DNA of 62,316 nucleotides, filler included, from Dirinaria sp. TL-2023a (Eukaryota): NCBI GenBank assembly GCA_051941275.1. It is 2 parts of 2 records of this genome, joined end to end, with 100 filler letters (N's around TTAATTAATTAA, not from the genome) between each part and the next. Parts side by side here need not be neighbours in the genome. Positions count along the whole stretch, not along the records: positions 1 to 31,160 come from JAVEBF010000095.1; 1 more part is not named here. One strand, given 5' to 3'. The position numbers and the translations under genes were made by a program. Position 1 is the stretch's first letter; each line of letters begins with the position of its first letter. Below, piece by piece: positions 1-13,239 of the stretch. The notes below the pieces were generated by a model. That model did no database searches and was not told the origin of the DNA. It was given only the letters and a program-made list of their open reading frames with translations.

Positions 1-503
1 AGACAATCAACTAATCGACAAAGTATAATTAATTTTCTCGATGGGAATGACTGAATTTATTTAAGAATTGGATGGGGTGTATTTCGTGGAGTGATTATAA
101 AAGGGGTGTTTGATTTAAAATATTGGAAGAGAATTATATCAAAAAATTTATTGGGTATAATCGTGATGATTTATGAGATTTTTATTACTGATGATGAAGG
201 AAGATATGCATAGGATATATCTACGACATGAACAGGAATATGGGGTGTTGGATTGTGGGAGAAGGAAGATTATATTGGTGTGTGAAAGATGATTATATTG
301 TATGTGGATGGGTAATGCTTGGTAATGCGAATATTCAGTAGACCATTTTCACTTGAAAATTTTTTGGACGCTAAAAGAACACAATTAGAGACAAAGAAGC
401 ATGAACTTGAAGGGATCCCAGAAGGAATGTATCCGTGTATAAGTTCCGGCTGTACAGGTGAAAATAATGGCGCTTCTCAAGAAACTTCAAAGCTCGGACC
501 CAA

Positions 504-2164
504 TCAATGGTCTTTCTTAGTCCGGATTTGGCCAAGACTTGTCCTTGGCAAAACTCCAATGAAAAGACGCATGACCCAGACGATGGCCTGCACAATCCAT
601 ACAAACATCCTTGTAGCGTAGTCGGGCCACCCTAGCTTCGGCTTGCGGCCCCTTGAGAACGTAGAGTCCGTGAATTCGAACGGGATCACTGCGCCAAGAT
701 GTTCCATCGCAACTCGGATGCCACTTGAAAAGCCGTCCTCGTGGAAACCGTACTTCGTCCAGGCTCCTGCATAGCTGATCCCTCTCTTGTTCTGGATTTT
801 GGGAAGTAGCTTCTGGGAACGTATAGCGGCGGGATTGTACAGGGGATGAGTATAGGTCCATGTGCCCTGGACATGGGCAGGATCTGGTTCTACGTTGGGG
901 TTCAGGGTGACTAGCACCTGGCCGAATTTCGAGCTTGGGATGTGCTGCAGCAAATTCATCCAGTATGTTAAACATACAGAGGACACGTGGGAGGATGACG
1001 TGGGCGTTTTGGTGATGTAGTTCCATGCTGCCCATGCAAGAGGGCGTGTGGGCATTAACTAGGCACAATTAGAAAACAGATCAAGAGTATTAGATTCATC
1101 AATTAAATAGAGACATATAGCGGAAACCAAACTTACTCGCAGGTCGGAATGAAGGACTGCGGTGTTTGTGCTGAACTTGAAGCCGGAAAGGACATCAATT
1201 TCTTCAGGCGTGGCTCCCTTGCGAACGATTTCCAGGGCTTCATCTCCATGGGTGGTTAATATGACATGATCGAACGTCTCTTCGAAATTGCTTTGGAAGC
1301 GTAGCTTTACACGACCATCAGCTAACGGAGTCGCGGTATCGACCTTCGTAGCTAGATGTGTACGAGCTTTCGGAAAGTCAGACATGACCTTATCAATGTA
1401 TTGTTGCGAGCCGCCTGGTATGGTCATCCACGTTGGACGAGCCGCAAAGGTCGAGAGCAGATGATGATTCCACATGAAGCGAACGAGCGTGATTGCTGGA
1501 AACTCCAAGGATACCTTGTCAGGTGTTGTACTCCAGACTGCAGCTGTCATGGGAATGAGGTAATCATCCTTGAAGGCATCCGAGTAATTATGCTCGGCCA
1601 GATATTCTCCAATGCTCTGCTGCTGCCGTGGGTTTTGGGCGTTGGTACCGGGTCCATCAGAACCGGCTGGATCAACCTCACTCTCCTCGTCTTCCGACAG
1701 TAAGTCAAGAGCGAATTGATTGAAGCGGACAAAATCGAAAAGCAAGCGCCACATGTGAGCACTGAAAAGGTTTGATTTCTGGGCGAAGACAGCCGAAAGA
1801 GACGTGCCTGACCATTCAAAAAGGCCTTGATCGCGAGAGACGCCAAAGTCCATGGAAGTTGGAACCGAACTGACTTCAATGTCCTTTAAGAAAGATATGA
1901 AATTCGCTACCCCTTCTTAGCCAGTGGATGATCCGATGTTTATTTGGCTGACTAACGGTATGTTGCTGTGTTCAGGACTATAAATCCAGTGTCGACTGGT
2001 ACTTCATGGCCACCATGCTTCCATGTGACGGTATTAGTATGCCCTCCAAGGCGGCCCGAGGCTTCGTAGAGGTGCACTTCGTGCGCTGTGCTCTTCAAAG
2101 CCCACAGGGCCCCGATGCCAGCGCAACCGCTGCCCACGACGGCGACTTTCTTCGGATTCTGCAT
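504..2164 (-). CDS. FAD/NAD(P)-binding amine-oxidase-family flavoprotein (COG2907-like); exons ~2164-1957, 1906-1137, 1058-504
   Basis: N-terminal Rossmann motif VAVVGSGCAG...LYEASGRLGGHTNT, then VDTGFIVLNTATYP and C-terminal YAGAWTKYGFHEDGFSSG. GT..AG introns join three ORF-track fragments in frame. Confidence 0.85.
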
Positions 2165-2864
2165 GATAAATTTGAACGGATACACGACCTAACGGTAATA
2201 GATCTGGCTGCAATGACCCAAAAAACAAGATCATAAGTAGGAAAATACAGACTGAACCATACGAAAAATAGATCGAGACAATTTATGTAGCACGTTATTG
2301 CTTACTGTACAGATGACATGAACGGCACTTTCTATACATCTCGACAATATTCAGAGTTATATTATTAGTCTTCACTGCAATCGTTGAATAAAGTCGCAGT
2401 TCTTATGAAACTTGAAGCCTAGAATCATGCAGTCATTGACAGGGACATGGTTCAAGAGACCTTACCGGAAACGGAAAAGGTAAGGTACAATAAAAAACGC
2501 CGAGGATGACCCAGATCAGCCGAGCGCGTGATTGGCAGCAGGGAACAGGGGTTCTCATGATGCCAGAGCATGTCCATGTTCCTGCCTCAGCCTACCGCAT
2601 CAAGCAAGCTGACGTCCAACTTCACCCAACCGCCGCCTTGAGTATATGGAAACACTGATATCTCCGCACTTGCACAATTGACTTGGAAAAACCTCGCTCT
2701 CCTACAATCCCGTCTTACAGAGACTATCCCAAGACCGCACAACCGCACCAGCCACCAAGCAGTGGCGTAGGCAGCCAGCAAACTCCGCCGGGGAATCTGG
2801 CACCATCTCGCGCATCACCTCCTGTCCATCCTACTACTTAGACATCGCACCGCCATCAAGCACG

Positions 2865-3697
2865 ATGTCGAACCCATTAGACACGGACGCCGGCTCCGAG
2901 CTCTTCAGCAGCTACGAAGCGGAACTGAAGCTCGTCCAAGCAGACCTAAACCAGAAGCTGGATCAAGTGACAGAGCTCACAGGCGAGCCTCGAAAGTCCG
3001 CGATCCGATTATCAGAGCGGGCGCTGGAAGAAGCGCAAGAACTTGTAACTTCTCCCTTCCCCTCAATAAATTTTGAGCCCACACGCATAAGTGCTAACCC
3101 CCCCTCTCCTTACTATCCAGCTCGACCAAATGCGCCTCGAAAAATCCAACATCCCCTCGACCGCCCGCTCGAAAATCAACCAACGCTTCCGAAACTACGA
3201 ATCCGACATCGACGCCGCCAAACGAAAACTCAAATCCCTCTCCGCAGACCCGCAGAAAGCCGGGTACAGCAATAACGGCAACCGATACTCCGACACCCCG
3301 GGAGACGAGCAGCTGGAGCAGCGGCAGCAACTGCTCTCGGGAACGGAGCGGCTGGACCGCAGCTCGCAGCGGCTGCGGGACAGCCAGCGGATCGCGAACG
3401 AGACGGAGAATATTGGGCGGGAGACGCTGGCGGATCTGCAGGTGCAGCGGGAGACGATCCAGCATACGCGGATGACGATGCTGGAGAGCGAGGGCTATGT
3501 CGATCGCAGCGTGAAGACGTTGCGGGGTATGGCGCGTAGGTAAATATCCCCTTCCCCCTCCATTTTCAATCGCTGGGAGAAATATGAGGCTAAATGGATG
3601 TAATTATAGAATGGCTACGAATCGGATTATAACCATCGCGATCATCACGGTGTTGGTCTTGCTTATTATTGTCGTCGTGTATAGCAAATTCCATTAA
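2865..3697 (+). CDS. VTI1: Vesicle transport v-SNARE Vti1; exons 2865-3044, 3121-3539, 3610-3697
   Basis: SELFSSYEAELKLVQADL Habc domain, SNARE motif QRQQLLSGTERLDRSSQRLRDSQRIANETE, and a third exon encoding the TM anchor MATNRIITIAIITVLVLLIIVVVYSKFH*. Confidence 0.93.
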
Positions 3698-3780
3698 AGA
3701 GGAAAAGGGGTGTTTGTAGGGCATTTGTGTATTATTACTCAAAAACATAGCGAGGCTTCTTTAGCGACAAGGACACCATC

Positions 3781-3920
3781 TTTTTTTCCCCCATTCCTTG
3801 TTTTTGGTTTTTGAAATAAAGGGTGCCCTTTTTTCCTGTACTTTTCCTGTTCGTGGAGTGCATAGCACACTTTCGATTTTTTCTTCCTTTTTTTTGTTTT
3901 TTGTTTTTTGTTTTTTTCTC
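3781..3920. repeat. T-rich low-complexity tract between convergent VTI1 and AKR 3' ends
   Basis: Runs of T5-T8 separated by single G/C bases (ttttttgtttttgttttttgttttttt). Confidence 0.7.
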
Positions 3921-3944
3921 TTTACACTTTCATGATCTTGATTT

Positions 3945-5179
3945 TTAATACCCCGTGACAGGTTTTGGCAGATAAGGCTCTTCGAGATACTTCGCCTCCT
4001 CATCCGTCAACTGCAGCTTGCTCGCCTCGACCGCCTCATCGATCCTCGCTTTACTACTCAGTCCGATAATCGGATTGACCATCGGCCGCCTCAGCACCCA
4101 CGCCGTAGCCACCTGCGCCATCGTCGCCCCCTTTTTCTTACTGACTTCCTCCAAGCGATCGACGATCGCCTTATCGACCTCGGTCTCGCGGCTGCGGATC
4201 GCATTCTTGAGGAAGACGTCGCTGTTCTCGCGCTCGGAGACGCGCTGTTCCCAGGGCCGGGTGAGCACCCCGCGGGCAACGGGGGACCAGGGGATGCAGC
4301 CTACGCCCGTGGCGGCGCAGTAGGGGAGCATTTCGCGCTCTTCTTCGCGGTAGAGCAGGTTGTGGAAGTTTTGCATCGAGATGAATTGGTGGTAGCCGTG
4401 CTTTTCGGCGATGTTTTGCAGCGATTGGAATTCCCAGGTCGCCATCTGAGAGTATGTCATTGTCAGCAGAAGCTCGTTTGACGTGGGGGGCCCCCACAGT
4501 GGAAATGAATATGATGAAGGTTTGACGGGGACGGCTGAACTTACCGAACTGGCGCCGATGTACCTCACCTTCCCACTGTCTACCACATCATTCAGTGCCT
4601 TCATGATCTCCTTATGAGGCGTTCCTCGGTCCAGGCGGTGGATCTGGAGCACATCGATGTATGTGCCGAGTCTGCGCACGCTGTTCTCGACGGCATCGAA
4701 GATGTGTTTCCTCGACAACCCGACCTGATTGACCATCTCCCCATCGTTGGTCCGCATCCGTGCTACCTCAGGCTGCGCGCCTGTGGTGTCAACGCCGAAG
4801 TAGCATTTGGAGAGAATGACAAGTTTCGACCGTGGGATCTTGTAGTCGTGGATGGCTTTGGCAATGATTTCTTCCGAACGGCCGTTGGAGTAGACGTCCG
4901 CCTGTCAGAGCGGAATGAGTCAGCCAATGGATCCGGGGAAAGAAGGAATGCCTACCGTGTCCCAGGTATTGATGCCGACGTCGTAGGCATGTTTGAGGAG
5001 AGGCAAAGACGCTTCCTCGTTCAAGACCCATGATTGCCATTCCGGGGAGCCGTAGCTCATCATACCCAGAATCACCTTAGAGATCTTGAGGCCGGAGGTA
5101 CCCAGACTGGCCGCTTCGTTAGCCAACAGTGCATTAGCTACGCTAGGCCTAGGTCGATATCCCACCGTGTGTACTCCAT
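3945..5179 (-). CDS. Aldo-keto reductase (aryl-alcohol dehydrogenase-like), multi-exon
   Basis: Spliced MEYTR|LGTSGLKISKVILGMMSYG, GINTWDT|ADVYSNGRSE, YIDVLQIHRLD, GKVRYIGASS, IPWSPVARG: classic AKR motifs. Confidence 0.92.
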
Positions 5180-6049
5180 TGTAGAATTTGAGAAACCGAG
5201 GTTTTCTCTATTGCAAATGTAGGTTGGTAGAAAATCTTTCAATGGTAATTGAGTTTCAGCAGCAAAAGTGCGATACCTGAGAGCCAAAGATCAGACGATA
5301 AGGAAGAGATAGATATAGCCAGTAAATATATAGACAAAGTGGTTTGCGGTAAGACGTTCTGATTGCCATCGATCCGACGCAGACGACGCGAAATCGCATT
5401 TACAAGGCGGACTTTGAGCTATCTCCGGCAATACGTCACAACCATCACTTAGGATCAGTTAATTCCGTGGAGGAAGAGCGGATATTAGGGGTACGAGGAC
5501 CGACGTCTACAATCAATTCCGAGAAATTGATTGATGCTTGTTACCCTCAGGCCATCCCACTGCAGCCGATATCTGTCACGTCTGTCTGAATCCTTAACTC
5601 CCGGGTCGTTGATCCTAAGCCTGTTCCGGGTAGTTAAGCGAATTCGATGCTTAAAGAATCGACAACCCGTGAGCCCTTTTGGCTTTACGGGTATTTCTAC
5701 TAAGATAGGGTTTTGTAAGGTAAATGTCCTAGATAGATAGGACGTAGAGAAAAATGTGATGACGATTTTGCTTCGATGCCCAAAATCTGTATGAATCCAG
5801 GTGTGCGCTCTCGAGAAGCTAAACTCAAGCAAGGAATAAAGTCAAATAGCGAGGACTCCAGCGTAACTTCATTGGTAGAAAAGAATAAGCTTAAAGGAAT
5901 GTCTTCGGACTGTGAGGATTATCTATTTGCATTAATCAGCCAGACAGCAGCTTCGGTGACTCATCGTCTGCTTGCATAATGTCCCCCCGTGGAGCTCAAT
6001 CTCCGAAATGATGTTGGGAATACTGTACTCATTAATTCCTGGAAGACCA

Positions 6050-9000
6050 TTACACATCCGCACTTCCAGCTCTCATCCACTCATTCTCCGTCCCGTTCCT
6101 GTAGCTTCCACGGTTGTCAATTAATTCGCAGAGGCCTCGACCACACTTCTGCTCGATCTCTTGGCCATCTCTGCCCACAAGTACCGCTTGCCCTTCGTTC
6201 AATGCATTTTTGAGTTGACCGCAGCGATTGAAGCGCGTTTCGTTAGTAGAGATCCATTCAATATAGAATGGGGGCGTGGATTCCCAGATGAGTTGTTTGG
6301 CCCACGACGGCGTGGGAGCGTCGCCGGGTGCGGATGCCATGCGTGCCTATTGTACTTCAGTATAGTATGAATTTCCAAGACGGGCAGGATAAGCTGTTTT
6401 TTGGGCCGAGGGTTACGGATACTAGGCGAGGCTTGAAGGGACCAAGCCAGCAATAGCGGCGAATTGGGGAAACGGAAAGGCACACTCACATAGCCCTGAA
6501 AGGCCCTGCTGTTGTTCACTGAGAAGAAAAGGATGACGTGACGGCAAGTGTTGTAGGCTTCGGTCAACATCCCCAGGTTCTTTTGCTGGGTGGCCCATGT
6601 CCCCTTCCACGATCCCAAGCATCAGATAGCCCTAGACGAGCGGAAAAGATATACGGGAAACAAGGTCACTCACGTCACGTTTAGCAATCTCCACGTTCTC
6701 AGCATTCCAGCTTTTGATCATGAAGTATCTTGCATCTACAAGGTGTTACCACCGTTAGGGACAAGGGATGTGCACAAGGATAGAGGAAGCGGATAGAAGA
6801 AGCAAATCAGCTGCGCAACTGACCACCGTCCTTGAGATTCAACGACTCGCTACCACTGCTGTGTCCTTGCGCTCCACCACGAGTATTGTAAGGCCTGTTA
6901 CGGTAGCTGTTATAACCATAGCCTCTCCTATTGCCACGGCCTCGATACCCGTTCGGCACGTAGGACTGGTATTCATGATGACGGTCAGATTCACCTCTCG
7001 CTTCAAAGTCGCTGTTAGTACGATAGTGGTCACGATGTTGATATTTATGATCGCTATCACGACGACTTGGCGACGGGTTGCGGCTCATATTTGGGGAGTA
7101 ATGGCCAGCCCTGGAAGTTTCGCTAAAGCGTGAACGGCTAGTATCATAGCTACCTTTGTCAGATGCTCTACGGTTCACAGGACTTGGTGTTCGATATCGA
7201 CGACTGGGCGATATGCTGCTGCGACGGTTAGTAGCCGAAAAATGGTCATGGCTCCTTGTAATACGACTCTCCAACGATTCATCTTTGATCATTGGACTTG
7301 TTAAAGTCGTCTTTCCATGGGAGCGATCAGTCATCTCGAATCGCGCTACTTTATCAGACGCTACTTCCCTTTTCAGGCCGAAGGAGTCGGCTCGTGGTCT
7401 CTTATTTATAGCACTAGCAGGGACTTGAGATTTAACCATTTGCTTGCTGCTTGGATCAGTCTCCGTACTTCCCGCTGTCGTTTGCCCTGAACTGTTTGCG
7501 GTATTCTTGATTTGAATGCCAGTTTCCTCGCCTTCCTTTATTGGTAAAGGTGGCGGACCCATTGCTGGGCCAGAAGTGCTTCGGAGAACGTTTGTAGAAA
7601 ACACGGATTGAGGAACGCTTGGTTCGACGGTCAAGGCTGATCGAGCGCGTAACGAACGAGATCGTTGTTCCATTTCAAGCTGAGCCTCACGCTCTAATTC
7701 TGCTCGTTGCGCATCGAGTGCCTTCATCTTTCGGTGCCTCGCAAGACCCTGGTTACGATAGACTTCATCGCCCCAACCAGTAAGTTCAAGCCAGTCCACT
7801 ACATCCTCATAGACCTGCTGGTTTGCAAACAGCGAAGGTTCAATTCGATTGCTTGATTCACTCTCTCGTGTATTGGAAGCCCCCTGGTCGTTGCTGGGTG
7901 CGTCTGTCATTTTAATGTCTCGGATAGTCTGCGCTCCTGGAGGGTCCTCTTTCACTAAGGATGGCTTGTCTGTTGTAGCTAAGCTGCTTTCAAAATCGAT
8001 GGTAGTTCTTTCACCATCTTTTGGGGAAACCTTTTCGAAGTATTTAGTTGAAGGAGGCTCAGCTTTTTGTGTATCTTCGGCCACAACAGTTTTTATGTTG
8101 CGGTTGCCAGTCGGCTGGGATGGATGTTGAACTTTAGCCGCGGACCGGCCGTCACGATTGTTTGTATCATGCTGGAAGCTATTCCCATTATTTTGGGATC
8201 TGGGTTGACTTGGATTGAGATCGTTGTTAAGCCTCGAGCGTGATTCCTGCACGGGCTGGTAGCGGCTATCTTTGATTGCACCGTGTGGCCCATGAGGCTG
8301 TTCTGGCCAGGCACGGTCACCATCAACTTTCAGAGCCACAGATGAACTCTCACGGCGAGACCTTATCGCATTGCTAGTACCTGGACCGCCCAAAGGGTAT
8401 TTACTGGAATCTTTGATTGGGGCAATTGGCTTTCCGCTTTGGGTTTTTGGGACATTCTCGCCGTTCTTCGCCAATTGGTAGGAGTTGCTGCCGCTGTCGG
8501 CTTTGCGATCAGCGCTCGAAACAACGAGGGCTTTGACCTCGGGATTTCGAGGGCCTGACGGCTGGCGTACAGCGCTACGCTTGGGAGTACCTTCGCGTAT
8601 CTCACCGAGCTCAGACGCTTCAGACGGTGATGCGGCGTCCACTGGGTCTTTTTGGAGGTGATCATCAGGGATGGTAGATTCTCCATGAGTCTTATTCGTC
8701 ATGTTCCTATTTGCAACAACGCTCATCGGATGAACTATCTGCTTCTCCGCAAGTCTTGGTTCAGACGATTCTGGAAGAGGTATGCTGGCCTTAACGCTAT
8801 GAATAAGTGCTTCAACGTCAGCGTGGGATGTTGACGGGTCAAGTGTGGGGGTTTTGGAATCGTTCAAAGACTTATCGTCCGCTCTTTCCTTGACTGTGGC
8901 CTTCGAAGCCTTTGTCTCAATACCTGGCTCAGCACGTGTGGTGCCTATGCCGTTGCCGAGTATCTGGCTTGACTTTCCGTCCGCAACTATCTCTCCAGGT

Positions 9001-9575
9001 TTTTTAGTGCTAACGACTGCTTTAGACGGTGTTGGCGTAGCTGACTTTCGCTGCTGCAAGAGTAGCGTTGCTCGTAATTGGGCCAACCTCTCGCTGGGGT
9101 TTTGGGTGGTTCTATCGACGTTGAGCCCTTCCTCAGCCTGTTGTTCTTGTGTCTCTGATATAGGTGTATTTTCTGCATTATAAGTAGCAATATTGTGCCG
9201 GTTTGGTCGTACTTGTGTCGCTGATACCTGGTAGTGGCCCGAAGTCTGCGCATCGGGTCCATTGCCCACCCCAGGTTTTTCTTCGTTGTCATAAAAGTCG
9301 TCGCTTTCGTCGAGAGGAAGATAATCTTGCTGCTGGTTTGAAAAGTAACCATCGTTACCGAATCCTTTCCCCTGGAATGCCATTCCATTGCCCTGAGACA
9401 GGGGTTTGAACATTGGCCAGATAGGTACATCTGAGCACTGTTGGGCAAATGGCGATTGTAAAGGCAGCGAAGCTCCAGAGTTGCCCTTCAGGCGATCTGA
9501 GGGCTCCCAATCATGCGATACATGACTGGGAGAGGGGCCGAACTGGCCTCGATTGAAGTTAAAGTTTTGCGACAT
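6050..9575 (-). CDS. Large YTH-domain RNA-binding protein (YTHDC-like) with a long disordered N-terminus; 4 coding exons
   Basis: 922-aa low-complexity ORF spliced to DARYFMIKSWNAENVEIAKRD|GTWATQQKN...VILFFSVNNSRAFQGY|ARMAS...PSW...FYIEW...LKNALNEGQAVLVGRDGQEIE, a recognisable YTH domain. Confidence 0.88.
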
Positions 9576-10641
9576 GCTGCCTAGGTTGTCATGACTGCAG
9601 CCAGTCGCGACTTTGCAATAGACCCGGAATAGCCCCTACTGTATGTTCATTGTAACCATGCGCTCAACTGCTCCACGAGAGAGGGGGCTTCAAGTTGGGT
9701 TGTACGTGCTTTTCGACAGTATTGAGTTGATTGGTGATCCTTGAAGCCAGCTCCACTCACATTCCCTCGGACTTGGATAGTAAGAAGTCTTGCAACATCC
9801 TGGAGAATCAAGTATGCAGCTCGCATAGAACGATGGAAAGTAGCCAAAGCGTCAGTGAAGGCATTGAACAGCTCTAGGCTTTTGACCAGGTCAAGAATTA
9901 AGATTGCGAGTGCGTTCTGAATACATGAGATAAGGCAAGTGAGAGTCAGTACCTTAGTGTGAGCTCGGGTGAGATTTGGCGCCCTCACTCCTTGCAGCTC
10001 GCTAAGCCGGACCGAGACAGACGCACGGACCACTCATCGAACCCCCCTTTCGAGGCTTCGAGCCCCTTTCGCCTGTCACATGTCATAAGATAGAACGGAA
10101 ATCAGTGTGAAACACATGAAATATAAACTTATCCCTCTTAGCCATGGTCCGAAAATCGAGGAAGTGATCTTGATCAAGAACAACCAAAGCTTTCAAATTG
10201 AACTTTGCTTTTGCAGTGTCTTCATACTCTCTTGGAACTAACATAACAACATATCCGTCTGCAAGCATAAAGATCGCTGTCCTCTGAAAAACTCTTGAGC
10301 CAAGTCAAATAGCGAGTTCGTGATCAGACGTCTTGCAACCTCCCCAGTCCAGAGAATGTCGTGTACTCAAGATCCCGCGTTATTCTTTGAGCCAAATGAG
10401 TCGACTGCGTTGTCGAATTTGCTGCTCGTTCGAGCTGGGAGAAGCTATTTATCATGCACCTCAGTTGTAGGCTTGCATGACCCCTACGCGCCTGTTCGCG
10501 TCACGTAGCAAGGTGGCATCCATTAAAGAGGCTCAGAGATGAGCGCACCGTTATCGCTTCCATGGTGGTGAGACACGCTACTGCTGAGCAGAAAAGAGCC
10601 TGAGCCTTTCATGAGTGTTGCTGCTATCTCTCCGCCATCAC

Positions 10642-11769
10642 TCATGCTCTCGTACTGGAGCCGTGAAACGAATGGATTGTGTGGCTCCGAGTCCTACACG
10701 GCGAGGGCGACTCTGGGCTTGCTGGAGACGATGGGTTGGCACTGTAGGCAAAATACGGTGAGAAGCCCTGGTGCAAAGCGACCCAAATACCGGAAATAAT
10801 GATAAGCGTTCTTAAACTCTCGTCGACATTTATCAGGGTCTGCTCTGTTACCGATACCCTGAAGGGGCCACTGTCATCCTCAGGCGAGGATGACGAAAGC
10901 ACGTCTGGCGGCGGTAGACCTTTCGCAGGGCTTAAAGGTTGTGGAACTGCGTAACGATCGTAGACCTCGATTGAGTGTTTCGTCAAGGTTGCGATGATTG
11001 GGTGACGGCGTTTGTCCGAACTTATTAAGCTAAAAGCAAATCGTAGACTTCCGGTGTCCTTGGATGACAAGTCCGGTGTACGAGACCCCGTAGTATGCCT
11101 TGGTACCCATCTCGCCGTCGTATGAACACCAACCTTATCGACAGATGTCACATCGTAACCACCATTCGAAGTCCTTGTGGCCTCCCAGCAACGCCCGTTA
11201 CTGAAACGGAGCATGGTTTGGCTTCCCTTGTCCTCGCCCAAAGTTCTGGTCTGGCAAATGGCCGCTATGACTTCCCTTCTATTCGAGTGTCTGTTCTCTG
11301 CCGGCTTGTCTCGGCCACTCTGCTGATCCTCATCCTCTGGGCTGCTGACTATGACCACGTCATCTGATCCAAGTCCAATCTTGCCACCAAAAACTTGAGG
11401 AAATCTTTTTGCAAGTTTGGGAGCGAAATTCACCGAAGAGAGCACGTCCAGCACAGGAATTGGACGGTCGGCAGTCGAGGTCTGGCGAATCTGAAGTAGC
11501 AAGCGAGGCCGTATGCATAAGCGCTGCTTGTGCTTGAGAGCTCGTGGAGGATGGGCAAAGTGGAATGACGTCTTGTTTTTTGAAACACTTTTCAGATTCT
11601 TTTGGGCCTCGATGTCAGGCTTTTCGTGAATCTTCCCCAACGACCGGCTTGAAGATGCATCTGGAGGGTGGTCTGGCCCCATGTTCTCTAGAGGTAGGCT
11701 GAAGGATGAATTTGGAGCCTGCGCCAGCCCTTCGGGCTGTCGTGATACGAGGCCAGCCAAAAAATTCAT
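10642..11769 (-). CDS. Conserved fungal hypothetical protein (start at MNFLAG ~11769 or upstream at 11844)
   Basis: 400-codon ORF with globular-looking segments (RPRLLLQIRQ...RPIPVLDV, RRHPIIATL, LRTLIIISGIWVA) of the kind seen in ascomycete hypothetical proteins. Confidence 0.7.
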   Translation of the reverse strand: MNFLAGLVSRQPEGLAQAPNSSFSLPLENMGPDHPPDASSSRSLGKIHEKPDIEAQKNLKSVSKNKTSFHFAHPPRALKHKQRLCIRPRLLLQIRQTSTADRPIPVLDVLSSVNFAPKLAKRFPQVFGGKIGLGSDDVVIVSSPEDEDQQSGRDKPAENRHSNRREVIAAICQTRTLGEDKGSQTMLRFSNGRCWEATRTSNGGYDVTSVDKVGVHTTARWVPRHTTGSRTPDLSSKDTGSLRFAFSLISSDKRRHPIIATLTKHSIEVYDRYAVPQPLSPAKGLPPPDVLSSSSPEDDSGPFRVSVTEQTLINVDESLRTLIIISGIWVALHQGFSPYFAYSANPSSPASPESPSPCRTRSHTIHSFHGSSTRA

Positions 11770-13239
11770 TACTTGATAGAAGGGACATAGGTATTTGGGT
11801 GCTGAACATATTGCAAATCTAGCAATATAGCCTTGAAGAGACATGGTGGTGTGAGACGTGCTTGGCAGTTCCTTCAGCTGCCAAGCCCGAACAAAGGAGT
11901 CCCTTACGGCGGGGAAGGATCAAACAAAGAAAATGTACAGCCGGTGCTGTGCACAAGAGAAAGTCACGGATGGAGAAAGACGCAGATCAGTTTGGCTCAA
12001 GGACAGAAGGCATGCTCGGCATGTACAGAAGCACATGGAAAAGAAGAAATTGGTGCGTTAGCGCCATGGATTATACTCGGGTCATCAAGTCACCAGCACC
12101 GTGCTTATCATATTTAGTGCTTAGTAGGGTGAAGGGCACAGTGATTCAGTAACCAAAGAGTCGGCCTATGCAGTCACTTGTACGAGTGACTCAAAAATAT
12201 GGTGTGACCACCAGAAATACCAGCCTGGAGCTGATGATCTCAGCCTTGTCGTCAGGCCATCTGAGACTGGAGGCCTGACAGATGAGATTAGTCGCACGAT
12301 GTGTCTGAGATTACTATGCAGCTCTGGGTGTAGACTCTTCAGAGCCATTGATAGATTTTTGAAGGGGACTTTAATGAGGATCGATTGGTAGGTGTGATTG
12401 ATAGTGAACGTCTCTGTGTGCACATACTGCGGAGAGGGTGGAAGAAAAAGGGTAAGATAAGGTACCTCCCTGCCTGTACAGACCAAAGTCCTGGGTAGCG
12501 CGACCAGCGCCACCAGTGGGACTAACTAAACGTTGACCCGATAATCACCCTTAATAATGAGCTAGGTAGGGAATTAGGTAGCCAACCTACATGTACCTTA
12601 CTTTGCTGCCCCAGGCTCGCCTCGGCCCCGGCTCCCTAAAAACGAGCCGCTACGGGCCCCGGTCAGCTTAACCACCGCATAGCGGCATAAACAGCTCCAC
12701 GACTAAAGACTGAGACTATGTAGATTCGGGTCATTAAATGCAATGCGTTTTTTAGAATTGAGTTGAGAACTGGCCCATCGATGCGACACCTATCCAAATT
12801 CATTCCAATTCTGGACTCGGCATAGCGCTGACCTTAGTAAAAGCGTAACAGTAGTGAAGCTCTCGTATTCCAGGGACACCAACTTGGGATTTTTCTATAT
12901 TTATATCATCGAGCGAGAGAAGGGGTAATGAACACCGCTTCAAAATTCCAAACACAAGCTGTCCTGCATCCATCAATCGACATACTGTATTTCAGTCCAC
13001 GCAACCATGAGCAATGGTTGCAATCAGCAGCCACGAGCTGGCTCTGGGTTCTATCTTGTCAGGGAATACGTTCTGTTAGTTGGGGATAATGTACAGAATT
13101 TAGGCTGGATCTCCAAAACCTCATATTCAGTCCTGTATACAGTCGGATGTCGAGGGGGTGCTTCTGTGCCGGATTGACGTAACCCTTGTCTATGTCTTGG
13201 AACGATGAGCTGCAGGTGAGAACCTCGTCAAGCGGAGGC

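Noticed and set aside
1..400. AT/G-rich left edge as telomeric or RIP-derived DNA
   Set aside because: No TTAGGG array; GG-rich and strand-skewed, more like low-complexity 3' flank of the flavoprotein gene.
5485..5990. Short ORFs between the AKR and YTH genes
   Set aside because: No domain signal; the region is likely the YTH 3' UTR and AKR promoter.
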